From Hydrurus foetidus (lineage: Eukaryota): a DNA stretch of 64,000 bases. Of the stretch, positions 49,269 through 59,312 are shown piece by piece. Below the pieces are notes generated by a model, which made no database searches, had not been told where the DNA came from, and was given only the letters and a program-made list of their open reading frames with translations. Within the stretch, counting starts at the first letter, position 1; the number at the start of each line of letters is the position of its first letter. Location: positions 1 to 64,000 of the forward strand of contig UYFQ01000146.1 of assembly GCA_900617105.1 (NCBI GenBank), read 5' to 3'. The position numbers and the translations under genes were made by a program.

Positions 49269-49317
49269 AGTAAATACAGAATACAGAATACAGAATACAG
49301 AATACAGAATATACGCC

Positions 49318-49470
49318 GTGGCACTTGTGGCGTTTCTTGCCCCACTTTGACAAAATAATCTCAATTAATCCTTAAACAAACAAACATATTTATAAAATGT
49401 TTTTGTTTTTTCTTTTTTTTGTAGAAAACTTTGTAGAAGAAGGGCAGAATACGCCACAAGTGCCACACTC
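49318..49470. repeat. ~153-bp repeat, inverted partner of 60623-60775
   Basis: Bounded by GTGGCACTTGTGGCGT...ACGCCACAAGTGCCAC. Confidence 0.9.
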
Positions 49471-49538
49471 CTCACTCCTCACTTTTTATCTTAAATACCA
49501 TCTAATTCATTGTTCTATCATAATTTATAATAGTTCTT

Positions 49539-50864
49539 TTACTGGATTACACGGGCCGATTTCTCACTTGGATCTATCTCAATTAGAACATCAAACGCAC
49601 TAATCAGAGTTGCTGAGACGGGAAACGCCGTCGCAGTAGCTATGTTTAATCGGACAGTCACGGGGGAATTTTGAGTACTAACCCCACTCAAAAGAACGGA
49701 ATTCGACTGAATTTGTTCGGTATTCACTGCGTAATAAACCTTGGCAGGATTTACAACGGTGGATGCAGTTCCTAGGGTCAAATACTCTTGCTGGTTAATA
49801 CTCATGCTGTTATGCTTGTTATATAAACTACCCACGGCCTTCTTCAATTCCAAGAAAAGCGTACCACGAGAAGCTACTGCTGACGAAAGTGGACGACTCT
49901 GTGGATAAAGACGAGATGCTATACTAAACTGAACATCACCACCAGATGTAATTTCGAATGCATCAAATTTACCGTTCTGAGAACCTGAACCACAATGAAG
50001 GAAAAGTGATTTAACGGATGCCATTTTCTGTGAGTAAATCAACTCAAACTGACCTGCTGTTCCTGAGTTGATAGGGTTAGATGAACTATTGAAAGATTGA
50101 CTCTTAATTGTAATTTTCTCCCCCATAGAACGAACAGCATTGTCTACTTCAGTACCAAAGTCAATTTGGCTGTAAGAAAGCACAAAATCGCTCAAGGTAA
50201 AATCAGTTGGCGTTACTGTTGCACTTGAAACTGGAGTACCTGTTTCAAGATTTAGTGTTACTGCAGCAGCCAATGGAGGAGCAAAGATGTTGGCAATGGA
50301 ATCAAGAGTAAGTTGAATACGGATATTTGGCATCATTCCTGTTGGTATATACCTATCCGCCTCGGATAGAATACACCCCTTCAGTGGACCCCAAAACGAA
50401 CCCGTCTCATTTTGTCCGCAAGAACGTCCATCAGTCGACTGCCATGTATGTACCTTATCAGCACCTTCGAGAGCCCAACCGTAACCCGTCACACTACCAA
50501 TTTTGTCCGCCACGTTATGCGTCAGGTTAATAAGCATATTCTGAAGTTGACCGTACTCATTTATGTTCTGGACTGGCTGAGATCCGAAGATGGTTTCAAG
50601 ACGGAGAATAGGGGTAAAGAAAGGACAAGCACGGATACGAGTCACACCCGTAGAAACACAAGTATATTTATAACGGAGGGCGAGGGTTTTACCGTCCATA
50701 TATCCAGCACGGGCAGGTAGATCGAACTGGACGTAAGCACCCGCCGTAGCACAACTGAAACTTGTTCCATTCACAGGAAGGACGTTAATATCAAATGTCT
50801 GGACGCCAGATGGAAGTGAGACAGGAAGGTCGTAATTAATCTCTTTTGGAAGCATTAAACTCAT
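49539..50864 (-). CDS. Major capsid protein (putative double jelly-roll)
   Basis: Intact 441-aa beta-rich ORF with VQFDLP..GYMD..TLALRY and ILRLET..QNINEY segments typical of PLV-type MCPs; neighbours a penton-like gene and an ATPase. Confidence 0.85.
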   Translation of the reverse strand: MSLMLPKEINYDLPVSLPSGVQTFDINVLPVNGTSFSCATAGAYVQFDLPARAGYMDGKTLALRYKYTCVSTGVTRIRACPFFTPILRLETIFGSQPVQNINEYGQLQNMLINLTHNVADKIGSVTGYGWALEGADKVHTWQSTDGRSCGQNETGSFWGPLKGCILSEADRYIPTGMMPNIRIQLTLDSIANIFAPPLAAAVTLNLETGTPVSSATVTPTDFTLSDFVLSYSQIDFGTEVDNAVRSMGEKITIKSQSFNSSSNPINSGTAGQFELIYSQKMASVKSLFLHCGSGSQNGKFDAFEITSGGDVQFSIASRLYPQSRPLSSAVASRGTLFLELKKAVGSLYNKHNSMSINQQEYLTLGTASTVVNPAKVYYAVNTEQIQSNSVLLSGVSTQNSPVTVRLNIATATAFPVSATLISAFDVLIEIDPSEKSARVIQ

Positions 50865-50911
50865 TCTTTAAGTATAGTGTATCAAAAGAGATTAATTTGA
50901 ATAAAAACGCA

Positions 50912-51857
50912 TTATATTTGTATCCCGTGCTTATACATAAAATAATCTAAATCATTTTCATCTCCCCCAGTATTTGTTTCTACATTTTGTGGTTGCTTTG
51001 TATCCAGTATTTGTTGTGTTGAATCCCTAAATAGAGAATTAATTCTTTCTTTTAAAATACGGGTTGTTGTAATTGCCAGAGTAATGCTATACTCTACATT
51101 ATTGAAGTTTATATAGCGGTTATTTTCATCTGTAATTGTAATATCAATATTTGATATTTCCTTATTTCTCATTAAACCTCCTTTTTTTGAACTATTATTT
51201 TCATACAGTATCAATCCGGTTGCTACAGAATTTACGGGTATGATTCCGAGTAAATCACCGCCCCCCCCCCGATGATAAACCACTTGTATGTAAAGCGGAA
51301 GAACTGATTTTTAATTTCTTTATTCCGATTAAAGATGCAGGATGTTCGGCGTTTAAGATATTACCTGTTGATATGTAAGAAGACACAGAATCAAAACCGA
51401 TAATCTCATTGATAGTTCCGCCTGAAGCACTTGATAATATCGTAAAGGTTGTTCCGATTGGTGATACAAATAACAATTTACCTGTAACCTTATTAAATGT
51501 TATTGTAAATGCATATCCTGCGTTTAAAAACCCCTGCTTGATTACACTCATAAGCGACGTAATATTGTAATTTCCACGCTCTATTGTCATCAGTTGTATC
51601 ACACCACTATTTATTTTATATGCTAATACATTTGTTGTGTAATTGATAAGGTAGAATGACACAGGAATCTGAGCATTTATAATATCAATATGAGAATACA
51701 ATATATCATCATCATCTTTTAAGACGTTTTTTAAATCAAATGATATTTGTGATAAAAAGGAAGATTCGTATAAAGTATTTCCGGAACCACTACTTGGTTT
51801 TTTGATACAATGTTGAGTGTTGAGAGATATGTAACGAGTGTCCTCAACCGTCAGCAT
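50912..51857 (-). CDS. Minor capsid (penton-like) protein, frameshifted in a G-run near 51265
   Basis: NAQIPVSFY.IN, I.RGNY, LLGIIPV and IDITITDENNRYINFNNVEYSITL; adjacent to the MCP. Confidence 0.75.
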
Positions 51858-51881
51858 TTTTATATTCTCTTATACTATAAT

Positions 51882-52569
51882 ATGTCATATTTAAATTCTG
51901 TTCAAAAGATTATCAATAGGATAGGCGACGATGAAATCACGAAAATCACGGTAAATCGAACCCCGCTGTCAAAAGTATTAAAATTCCTACTCAATATTAC
52001 ATCACGAGGACAGTTGGAGAAAAAGATGGAAAATACGGATTATGACACTTTGTATCATCTCTTTATGGTTGTTCAAACTAAAAACTCTTTACATGTTATT
52101 GAGAAAAACGAAGTGATACAAATTTACAAATTCTCAAAAATGGGGAAAGGGACGGAAACTCTACCTGTACCTATCAATGCTGGACTGACTCTCAATGATA
52201 TGCTTTCAAAAACGAAAAGCAAAATGGGGGGTTCTTACTTTCTTACAAAGGGCTGATAATAATTGTCAGAACTACATTATTTCTATTTTAATATCAAACG
52301 GGTTAAATACAGACGCTCTCGAAAAGTTTGTTTTACAGGATACTAGACAATTATTTGAAGGTAATGAACAATTTCGTAAAATTGTAAATACAACTACAGA
52401 TGTAGGAGCGGTTGCAACTACGGCAATAGATAAGATACAAAGCAATGAACTTTTACAAAAACCAAGCACGGGATACAGTTTATTTTCAACCAGCAACATG
52501 AAGTTTAATAACGTACTGAATCGTGATATACCAGAATTTTTCAAAAATAGTTTTTCAAGATTATTTTAA
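51882..52569 (+). CDS. Putative permuted papain-like (NlpC/P60, LRAT/PPPDE-type) peptidase, frameshifted near 52240
   Basis: LYHLF followed ~70 residues later by NNCQNY, i.e. His-before-Cys order. Confidence 0.55.
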
Positions 52570-52585
52570 TGTATTGGTATTGTAA

Positions 52586-53215
52586 ATGGCAAAAAAGAGA
52601 ATTACCAAAAAACCATCTAAAAAGGGGTTGAAGCAGAAACAGAAACAATCACAAAGCGTCGTAGTAAATATTAACACCACCAAAGCAAGGGCAAAAAGGA
52701 CTGCTCCACAACCTGCTTATCGCCAACAACCACAGTATATTACTTTACAAGGTGAACCATCTCCTCCAATTATTTATAATACAGTAGGAACGGTAAAAGA
52801 AACTGTATTTGAACCAGTTAGAATACCTACAAATAGCGTTGGAATACAGACATTGACCCCTCAAGGAATACGAGTTAGTAAAATTCCAGTTCCAAGTAAA
52901 AAAAAATATGATGAAGCGGTTGTAAATCTTACGGACTTATACAAAACACCTGATGATAATTTCTACTATGATAATACTACTCCAATAGCAAGACGAACAC
53001 GGGCTCAACACCCATTGACCCCAGACGAGATAGAAACACGTCGATTACTTCGTAACCAAAAGGCACGGGAAAAGAGGTTAGAAAAAAAAAAACACAGGTG
53101 GTTAGACATTATAAAAGATTTTTTATATATATTTTATTATGTATCATGCTTTACTTCTTTTTTGCGTTTTTCTTGTTTCGTGCAACAATTGCTTTTTGTG
53201 CCTTTGTTGGCTTAG
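52586..53215 (+). CDS. Basic viral protein (possible DNA-binding core protein)
   Basis: K/R-rich, KQKQKQSQSVVVNIN motif; the C-terminus after an A-run is probably a frameshift artefact. Confidence 0.55.
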   Translation: MAKKRITKKPSKKGLKQKQKQSQSVVVNINTTKARAKRTAPQPAYRQQPQYITLQGEPSPPIIYNTVGTVKETVFEPVRIPTNSVGIQTLTPQGIRVSKIPVPSKKKYDEAVVNLTDLYKTPDDNFYYDNTTPIARRTRAQHPLTPDEIETRRLLRNQKAREKRLEKKKHRWLDIIKDFLYIFYYVSCFTSFLRFSCFVQQLLFVPLLA

Positions 53216-53420
53216 CATTTGCTGGAAGAACATACTCACCTCCATGGGCAAGAATAACCTTTGCCTTACCTTTCTTACCACCTACTGCACCACCATTCTT
53301 GAACGGGGCTAGTCCACCAAGGGCTGTTCCGAGCACCTGACCATCCACGCCTGGAATGGGTAAAAATTTAGAACCGATAGCACCTAATCCACCTCCTAAC
53401 AAAGATCCAAAAAATCCCAT
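53151..53420 (-). CDS. Small Gly-rich virion protein, possibly N-myristoylated
   Basis: MGFFGSLLGGG start (MGxxxS), AHGGEYVLP motif, basic tail. Confidence 0.65.
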   Translation of the reverse strand: MGFFGSLLGGGLGAIGSKFLPIPGVDGQVLGTALGGLAPFKNGGAVGGKKGKAKVILAHGGEYVLPANAKPTKAQKAIVARNKKNAKKK

Positions 53421-53467
53421 TTTACTTTTAGTATATTATATTAAAACATATTAATATAATGCTAAAA

Positions 53468-53698
53468 CTAAACGATTGATGGCGGGGGTATATTATCTTT
53501 ACGATTAGTTCTGCTCTCTATCTCCAATTCCAAGTTTTCTGCTGATACATCACGGGTAATTTTACAACACCCTAAAACACACTCACGACACTTCACCTTG
53601 AAAATACACGTTGTTATTGTGATTAACGCCATTGATAAAAAACCGAATGTTAGAGTTATTACTGTTATAGAATTAGATGACTCAATGAATTGTGTCAT
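53468..53698 (-). CDS. Small single-pass membrane protein with a Cys cluster
   Basis: Hydrophobic stretch followed by CIFKVKCRECVLGCC. Confidence 0.55.
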   Translation of the reverse strand: MTQFIESSNSITVITLTFGFLSMALITITTCIFKVKCRECVLGCCKITRDVSAENLELEIESRTNRKDNIPPPSIV

Positions 53699-53719
53699 TT
53701 GTATGTGATATATTGATAT

Positions 53720-55041
53720 TTAAACTGACTGTAATGCGATCCAATCTACATTCACACCCGCTACTGATGCGGAATAAGTAAATGATGTAAGGGTTCTGCT
53801 GACTACAAAAAAACACCATTCCCTGATGGACTAATTAGCACTCTTGGTACAACTGCTCCTGAAAATGATGATGCTGGAAAATTCACCACATTATTTCCAA
53901 CGACGCTTAAAGTATTACCAAAAGACATTCCAGTCATTATCGTCCCAAAATTACCTAATTGTAATCGTGTCGTTATGATCCCTAACCCAGCGAAAATCGC
54001 CTGTCCTAAACAAGTGATTGCTTGATTGTTAATATTATACACTTTTAAGAATGTACTTGATACATAAGGTAGTATGTCTAATGATGACGTTAATGATGTT
54101 AATGCACCCGCTACGGGGGTTGTGTATACAATAGGAGTCGTCTTCTGCTGTAAAGCTGTAATATTAGTATTTTGTGTGGTATTTACTGCGTCTTGATTAG
54201 TGTTTACGGTCTCTATTGCTGTAGCACGTGTCTGTAATGCAGTGATATTTGTCCCTTGAGTCGTATTTACTCCCTCAATCGCTGTCAGGCGGTCATTTTG
54301 CGTCGTGTTTAAAGTAATCATAGTTGTCAATAAGTTTGATTGATTAGTGTTTGTATTTTCCACATTGGTTATGCGGGTGTTCTGTGTTGTATTCAATGTA
54401 TCTATATTCGTGATTGATGTCGCCTGATTCGTATTCACGGTTTCTATTGCTGTAGCACGTGTCTGTAATGCTGTAATATTCGTATTTTGCGTGGTATTGA
54501 CCGTTTCTATTGCTGTTGCACGTGTCTGTAGAGCAGTGATATTCGTATTCTGCGTGGTATTGACTCCCTCAATTGTTGTAGCACGTGTCTGTAATGCACT
54601 TATATCTGTATTTTGCGTATTATTTAAAGTGTCAATTCCATCTAATCTCGTCCTTTGGTTGGTATTTACAAACTCAATATCATCTAATCGTCCGTCTTGG
54701 ATTAAATTAGCTTCCTCTATAAGAACTAACCTATCATCTTGAACCAGATCTAGTGCCTCTATTGCGTTTGCACGTATCTCTAAATCACGAATTAAAGTTG
54801 ACTGTGCATTATACTGTGTGTCAGTATATCCTTTCGATACTAATTGATTCGGTAATGATGGCAATATATTGCATATTGGTAGAGAGTTATGAAGAACCGC
54901 ACCAGTTGTTGTTAATGTACTTGTTGTAATACCTTGATAAGAACAAGATGATCCGCTGATAAGAGGTGATGATAAACTGACCTCACCACTGATTCCGCAA
55001 GTTCCGCTTACTGCCAAATTTAATGCTGAAATATTTGACAT
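53720..55041 (-). CDS. Fibre/spike protein with 21-aa coiled-coil repeats (probable frameshift near 53810)
   Basis: Repeats of TTQNTNITALQTRATAIETVN; another frame continues ..VDWIALQSV to a stop at ~53720. Confidence 0.75.
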
Positions 55042-55074
55042 ATTATTATTATAAGATGATATTATAATAATACT

Positions 55075-55808
55075 TTAAGCTATTCGTAATACTGTTATTT
55101 TTGCGTTCTCTATCAATGTATTACTCGAGGTATTTACTGCCGTATTATGTTTTATATTAATAGATACAAAAAACTATTGTAATCTGTAATATGGAAAAAT
55201 CCCGATTCGTTAAATGTTACGTAAGATAAATTGTCGTTATAAACCAAATTTTGATAATTCTTTTTTTGTATCACATTTAAAATTGCATTATCTGTAGAAA
55301 GTCCATGAGTTATACTATGTAAGATTGGTAATGACACATCTGACAATCCAAGAGTAAAACTATATGACACCATATACACACCAATAGGTAATGGTAAATT
55401 TACAATTGATGAAACCGTATTTGTTGATACTAATGACCTTGATGCTATTATTGATGATGTTTTTATATATCGCACATTTGTATCATCATATGATTGTAAA
55501 TTATTATACAAATGAATATTTCCTGTTTTTAACTTTTTGCATTCCAAAATACTTGATACTAATTTTGTTGTGTACAAATTTGGAACGACAATACTATTAC
55601 CGACTGCTACGTCACGCCCTATCGCAACCGATTGACCAGCTGTAATGTTATTCAATACACTCAAATTTATTGTATTTAAACTATTTGTCTCAATATCATC
55701 TGCTATTACCCTATCACATTCTAATACTCCATTTTCCAAGGTTGCAACACCATCACTGACACTCTCCAGTCCTGCCATTGTCTGTAGGTTGTATGTAAAA
55801 GATGACAT
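55075..55808 (-). CDS. Fibre-like virion protein (probable frameshift near 55155)
   Basis: Beta-repeat stalk-like N-half and GVYMVSYSF head-like region; an alternative frame ends ..ITVLRIA at 55075. Confidence 0.55.
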
Positions 55809-55824
55809 TCTATACTATACCTAT

Positions 55825-56279
55825 TCATATTTTCTCGAAATTTAAAGCAAGTAAGTATTCAGGAATCTCGAGACCTCTCGAATCAGTCCATAGAGAACCA
55901 TCTAAAAATGTTATTTTTACTGTAAATTCATTTACTGACGGGGCATTACCGAGAAAAATGACATTATTCGTGTTGGAATCGCCATACAAAAAACTGTTCG
56001 CATCATTTTCGTTTGGAATAATAGAACCAATTATATTTGTGGTTGATGCTTCCACATTTGTTGGTGATGCTGTATACACACTACTCTGACCTAATTTAAT
56101 TGATACTAAACCAACACTATTTACTGTTGTATCGATTCCTGAACACGTAAAACCCCAACGAAGTAAATACTGCCCTTCAGGAAGCACACCCCCCAATTAA
56201 AATAGTATGTTGAATTTGATGATGATGTAAGTGTTGGCACTCTATTACTACTATTGATTAGTACATTGTAAATTGGCAT
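55825..56279 (-). CDS. Small beta-rich (single jelly-roll-like) virion protein, frameshifted in a G-run near 56190
   Basis: ATG at 56279 reads MPIYNVLINSNNRV..YYFNWG and continues into ORF 55825-56196. Confidence 0.6.
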
Positions 56280-56300
56280 AATATAATCTATGTTAAGAAA

Positions 56301-56555
56301 TTATTCTATCTTTTCAAATTGAAGTTGTATGATATAACTGTAATTTAAAGTTGATACTAAATTTGTCAGATTATCTATTAATTTCACACTAAAAGTGTTA
56401 TTCTGTGGTCTGCTGCGTAATTCAATTGTCTGATTCACATCTATACGGGGTATAAATCTACCTAATTCTCTAGTGTTTCTCGATACAACTTGTGTCGGTG
56501 ATGTTGTTGTAACTGTATCTTGACCCAAATCTATATGCAAAATTATATTTGACAT
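56301..56555 (-). CDS. 84-aa protein paralogous to the C-terminal half of the 55825-56279 product
   Basis: Shared LGQ..T.SPT, G..IP, P..N.F.VK and Y...L.FEKI. Confidence 0.65.
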   Translation of the reverse strand: MSNIILHIDLGQDTVTTTSPTQVVSRNTRELGRFIPRIDVNQTIELRSRPQNNTFSVKLIDNLTNLVSTLNYSYIIQLQFEKIE

Positions 56556-56573
56556 TATACAATAATAGGTATA

Positions 56574-57308
56574 TTATAATAATGTTCTCGTATATAATGA
56601 ATTTATGTCTGTTGCTGTGAGAGTACTTGAATATAACCTCATATCATCCAGACGTCCTGTTAAAAACGATGACCCCCTATATGCACCAAGATTTATGGCT
56701 GCAGTATCTCCACCCCATGATAAATTACCTGTTCTCACAAGCACTCCATTTACATACAAAAGCGTCTGTGATGCTGTTGTTGTTATTGCGTAAAATATCC
56801 ATGCACCTGATGTCTGAGCTACTGTCGATACGACATCTCCTCCACCACCTAGACCAAAATTTACTGTCACAGTTAAAAATGTGCCACCATTAAACCATAT
56901 GGGCATTTTAGTGGTGCTGTATGCATTATTAGCACCTGACGTAAAAATAGGCATTTTGAGCCAAAATGTCTTGGTTGAATTTACGGGCGTCGGTTGAATT
57001 AATGATAAAAAATTTGCACCTGTAAAATTAAATACACTACCACGTATTGTATCATTAATCATAGACACATTAGTATTATTTAATGTTATACCATCTACTG
57101 TTGCCGGGACTGTCAATGTTGAACTCTTCACTCTAAAAACCCAAGGTATTTCTGGTATTACGGGAATTAACTGCTTACAAATGCTATAACTTACACGGTA
57201 TTTTCCATCGTCCAATATCGCACCCCAATTGACACGAAACTCATAATCATTTGCTGAAGTAGCACTATTTACCCTATCTTTTGAGTTGAGTAGTATCTTA
57301 ATTGACAT
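56574..57308 (-). CDS. LamG/concanavalin A-like domain protein
   Basis: W.FYAIT, LYVNGVL, IN.GAY and GRLDDMRLYS..LT..DI..LY are LamG-like signatures. Confidence 0.8.
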   Translation of the reverse strand: MSIKILLNSKDRVNSATSANDYEFRVNWGAILDDGKYRVSYSICKQLIPVIPEIPWVFRVKSSTLTVPATVDGITLNNTNVSMINDTIRGSVFNFTGANFLSLIQPTPVNSTKTFWLKMPIFTSGANNAYSTTKMPIWFNGGTFLTVTVNFGLGGGGDVVSTVAQTSGAWIFYAITTTASQTLLYVNGVLVRTGNLSWGGDTAAINLGAYRGSSFLTGRLDDMRLYSSTLTATDINSLYTRTLL

Positions 57309-57456
57309 TAGTTAACATACTATTAGATATTTAAATGAATTTTGTCTCCGTCTTTACTTTTGTTTTTGGTTTTGGCTTTTCCAGAGTATTCAATTTCACT
57401 TTTTCTTTCATAATAATTCTATATCCCAGTTCGTTCGGTAGTTTATCCATAATATA

Positions 57457-58224
57457 TTATGCACATATTTTCTCCTTATCAACATCAACATCATCGTCAT
57501 CGTCTGGATCGGAAATTAGAATTTCGTCCCAGTTTTTAAACATTCTCTTACTCTCCACATTCACAAATAAAAAATTATGCTTCTTATCAAAAACTAATTT
57601 ACTTATTTTTGGCACTAAATCCACATTCTCCTCTATTGCTTCGTCCCAGATTGTATACAACTCTTTCTTGGCAACCTTGAATAAAAATATATTAGAAAAT
57701 ACCTTGCGGAGATCTAAAGGGATTTTCTTCCATCCCTGTGTTAAGAAGAAAATATTTGTCCTCAGATGCCTACGATTGTACACCAATTCTTCAAATAGAG
57801 TACGTGTGCTTTTTTGCTTTAAATACGCAGCCTGATCATCGAAAATTACACAGTTTTCCTCCCATTTTTCGCTATTGGTAATTCGTTCTAAAACATCACT
57901 TAAATCATCGTAATTCAATTTATCGAAACGCTGATTATCTGGAAGACAACTGAAGATATTGTCCTTCATTGATTCACCACTTACGGTTGGTTGAAAAATG
58001 TAAATATTATGGAATACTTTTTTTAATAATTTCGGGTGTTTAAAAAAACCCCATAATAGAGATGTCTTACCACTCTTTGGTGCACCACATAAAACCGTAC
58101 ATTCATGTGAATTCATCAAACTTGTCAGTGAGTACATATTCAATCGTGAATCAAGACCATCGTCACAATTCATTCGTGCTATTGGAAAAGCGGGGCGTAA
58201 ATTATGTTTTAAACTTATTGACAT
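57457..58224 (-). CDS. A32/FtsK-HerA-like DNA packaging ATPase
   Basis: Walker A GAPKSGKT, Walker B CVIFDD, RRH arginine motif, FLTQ..IP..LR. Confidence 0.9.
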   Translation of the reverse strand: MSISLKHNLRPAFPIARMNCDDGLDSRLNMYSLTSLMNSHECTVLCGAPKSGKTSLLWGFFKHPKLLKKVFHNIYIFQPTVSGESMKDNIFSCLPDNQRFDKLNYDDLSDVLERITNSEKWEENCVIFDDQAAYLKQKSTRTLFEELVYNRRHLRTNIFFLTQGWKKIPLDLRKVFSNIFLFKVAKKELYTIWDEAIEENVDLVPKISKLVFDKKHNFLFVNVESKRMFKNWDEILISDPDDDDDVDVDKEKICA

Positions 58225-58249
58225 TTTATGTAGTATACTGCTATTTTAT

Positions 58250-58732
58250 CTACACGAATCTGTATTTTGGTACAACTGGAACTGGAACTGCTGGAACTGT
58301 TGTTTTCATCACTTTTTCCACAACTGACCTCTTAAACCGTACAAGTTCCTTTTTTACTTCAGAGTCACTCTCATCTTCATCACTGCTAATATCATCAAGG
58401 GCAATATGCTTCTTCAATTCCTTTTTCGCAATAATATTTGCTTTTTTCACAATCTTTTTCTCCAGCAACTTCTTTCTCTCCAGTGCCTCCTTCGCATCGG
58501 TTTCTGCTTTCTCCTCCGCTTCCTTCTCTCTATTATTTGCTCGTATAGCTCTGGCCTCCGTTCGTTTCTCGATGACCTTCAAAAACGCCTCTTTCTGTTT
58601 TTCCGTACGTGGTTTCTTACTCTTTTCTATCGTCTTTGGTTCTTCTTCTACTTCACTATCTTCGGGAATATCTACCATTACGGGGACTTCTTCTACTAAA
58701 GATTCTAATTTATCAACGACTTTTCTTGGCAT
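58250..58732 (-). CDS. K/E-rich coiled-coil viral protein
   Basis: Intact 160-aa ORF (KKPRTEKQKEAF) directly upstream of the ATPase. Confidence 0.65.
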   Translation of the reverse strand: MPRKVVDKLESLVEEVPVMVDIPEDSEVEEEPKTIEKSKKPRTEKQKEAFLKVIEKRTEARAIRANNREKEAEEKAETDAKEALERKKLLEKKIVKKANIIAKKELKKHIALDDISSDEDESDSEVKKELVRFKRSVVEKVMKTTVPAVPVPVVPKYRFV

Positions 58733-58798
58733 ATTATACTACATATAGATAAAAAAATAAGAGATACAAAACTTATTAAAAATGTTATATTATCTTAT

Positions 58799-59312
58799 AT
58801 GCCAGTAAAGGTTACAGTTAAAAAATACAACGTGGCACACGATGAGCTCTTCTTGAAAGGAAAGAATGGTCTGTACTGTCTGCTTCCTTTCGAAAAATTA
58901 GACAGGAAAAAAAAGCAATTTTTAAAGTAGGCATGACTTCACAGGATGTAGCGTCAAGGATTGAGAACTATCATTCTTACTACCCTCTCGGATTGTATAT
59001 ATGTTTTTTTTATCATATCCAAGGGTAAATGAAGGACAAGATTAAAAGAAATTGTATCGTGAGATGGAAAAAAAACTAATTACTTATTTAAAAGAAACTG
59101 ATGCTAAAATGATGTTATTTCCCTCGAGACCAAGTAAGCGGTCTGAGTGGTTTTATACTGATTACGATGATTTACAAACAGCCTTTAGAAAGGTTCAAAC
59201 TGACTACGGTGGAATTTTACACGAATTTTCACTTGATGGTATTAATAAGCAATACGATACTATAATGAAAAATAAAAAGAAGTACGTGGGTGAGATTGTA
59301 TTCAAAGTATAA
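58799..59312 (+). pseudogene. GIY-YIG-like (T5orf172-type) nuclease domain, frameshifted in homopolymer runs
   Basis: Joined frames read GLYC..FKVGMT..RIENY..E..L..SEWF. Confidence 0.6.

Noticed and set aside
54170..54630. 63-bp periodic repeats resembling a CRISPR array
   Set aside because: In-frame coding repeats of the fibre protein, with no unique spacers and no cas genes.
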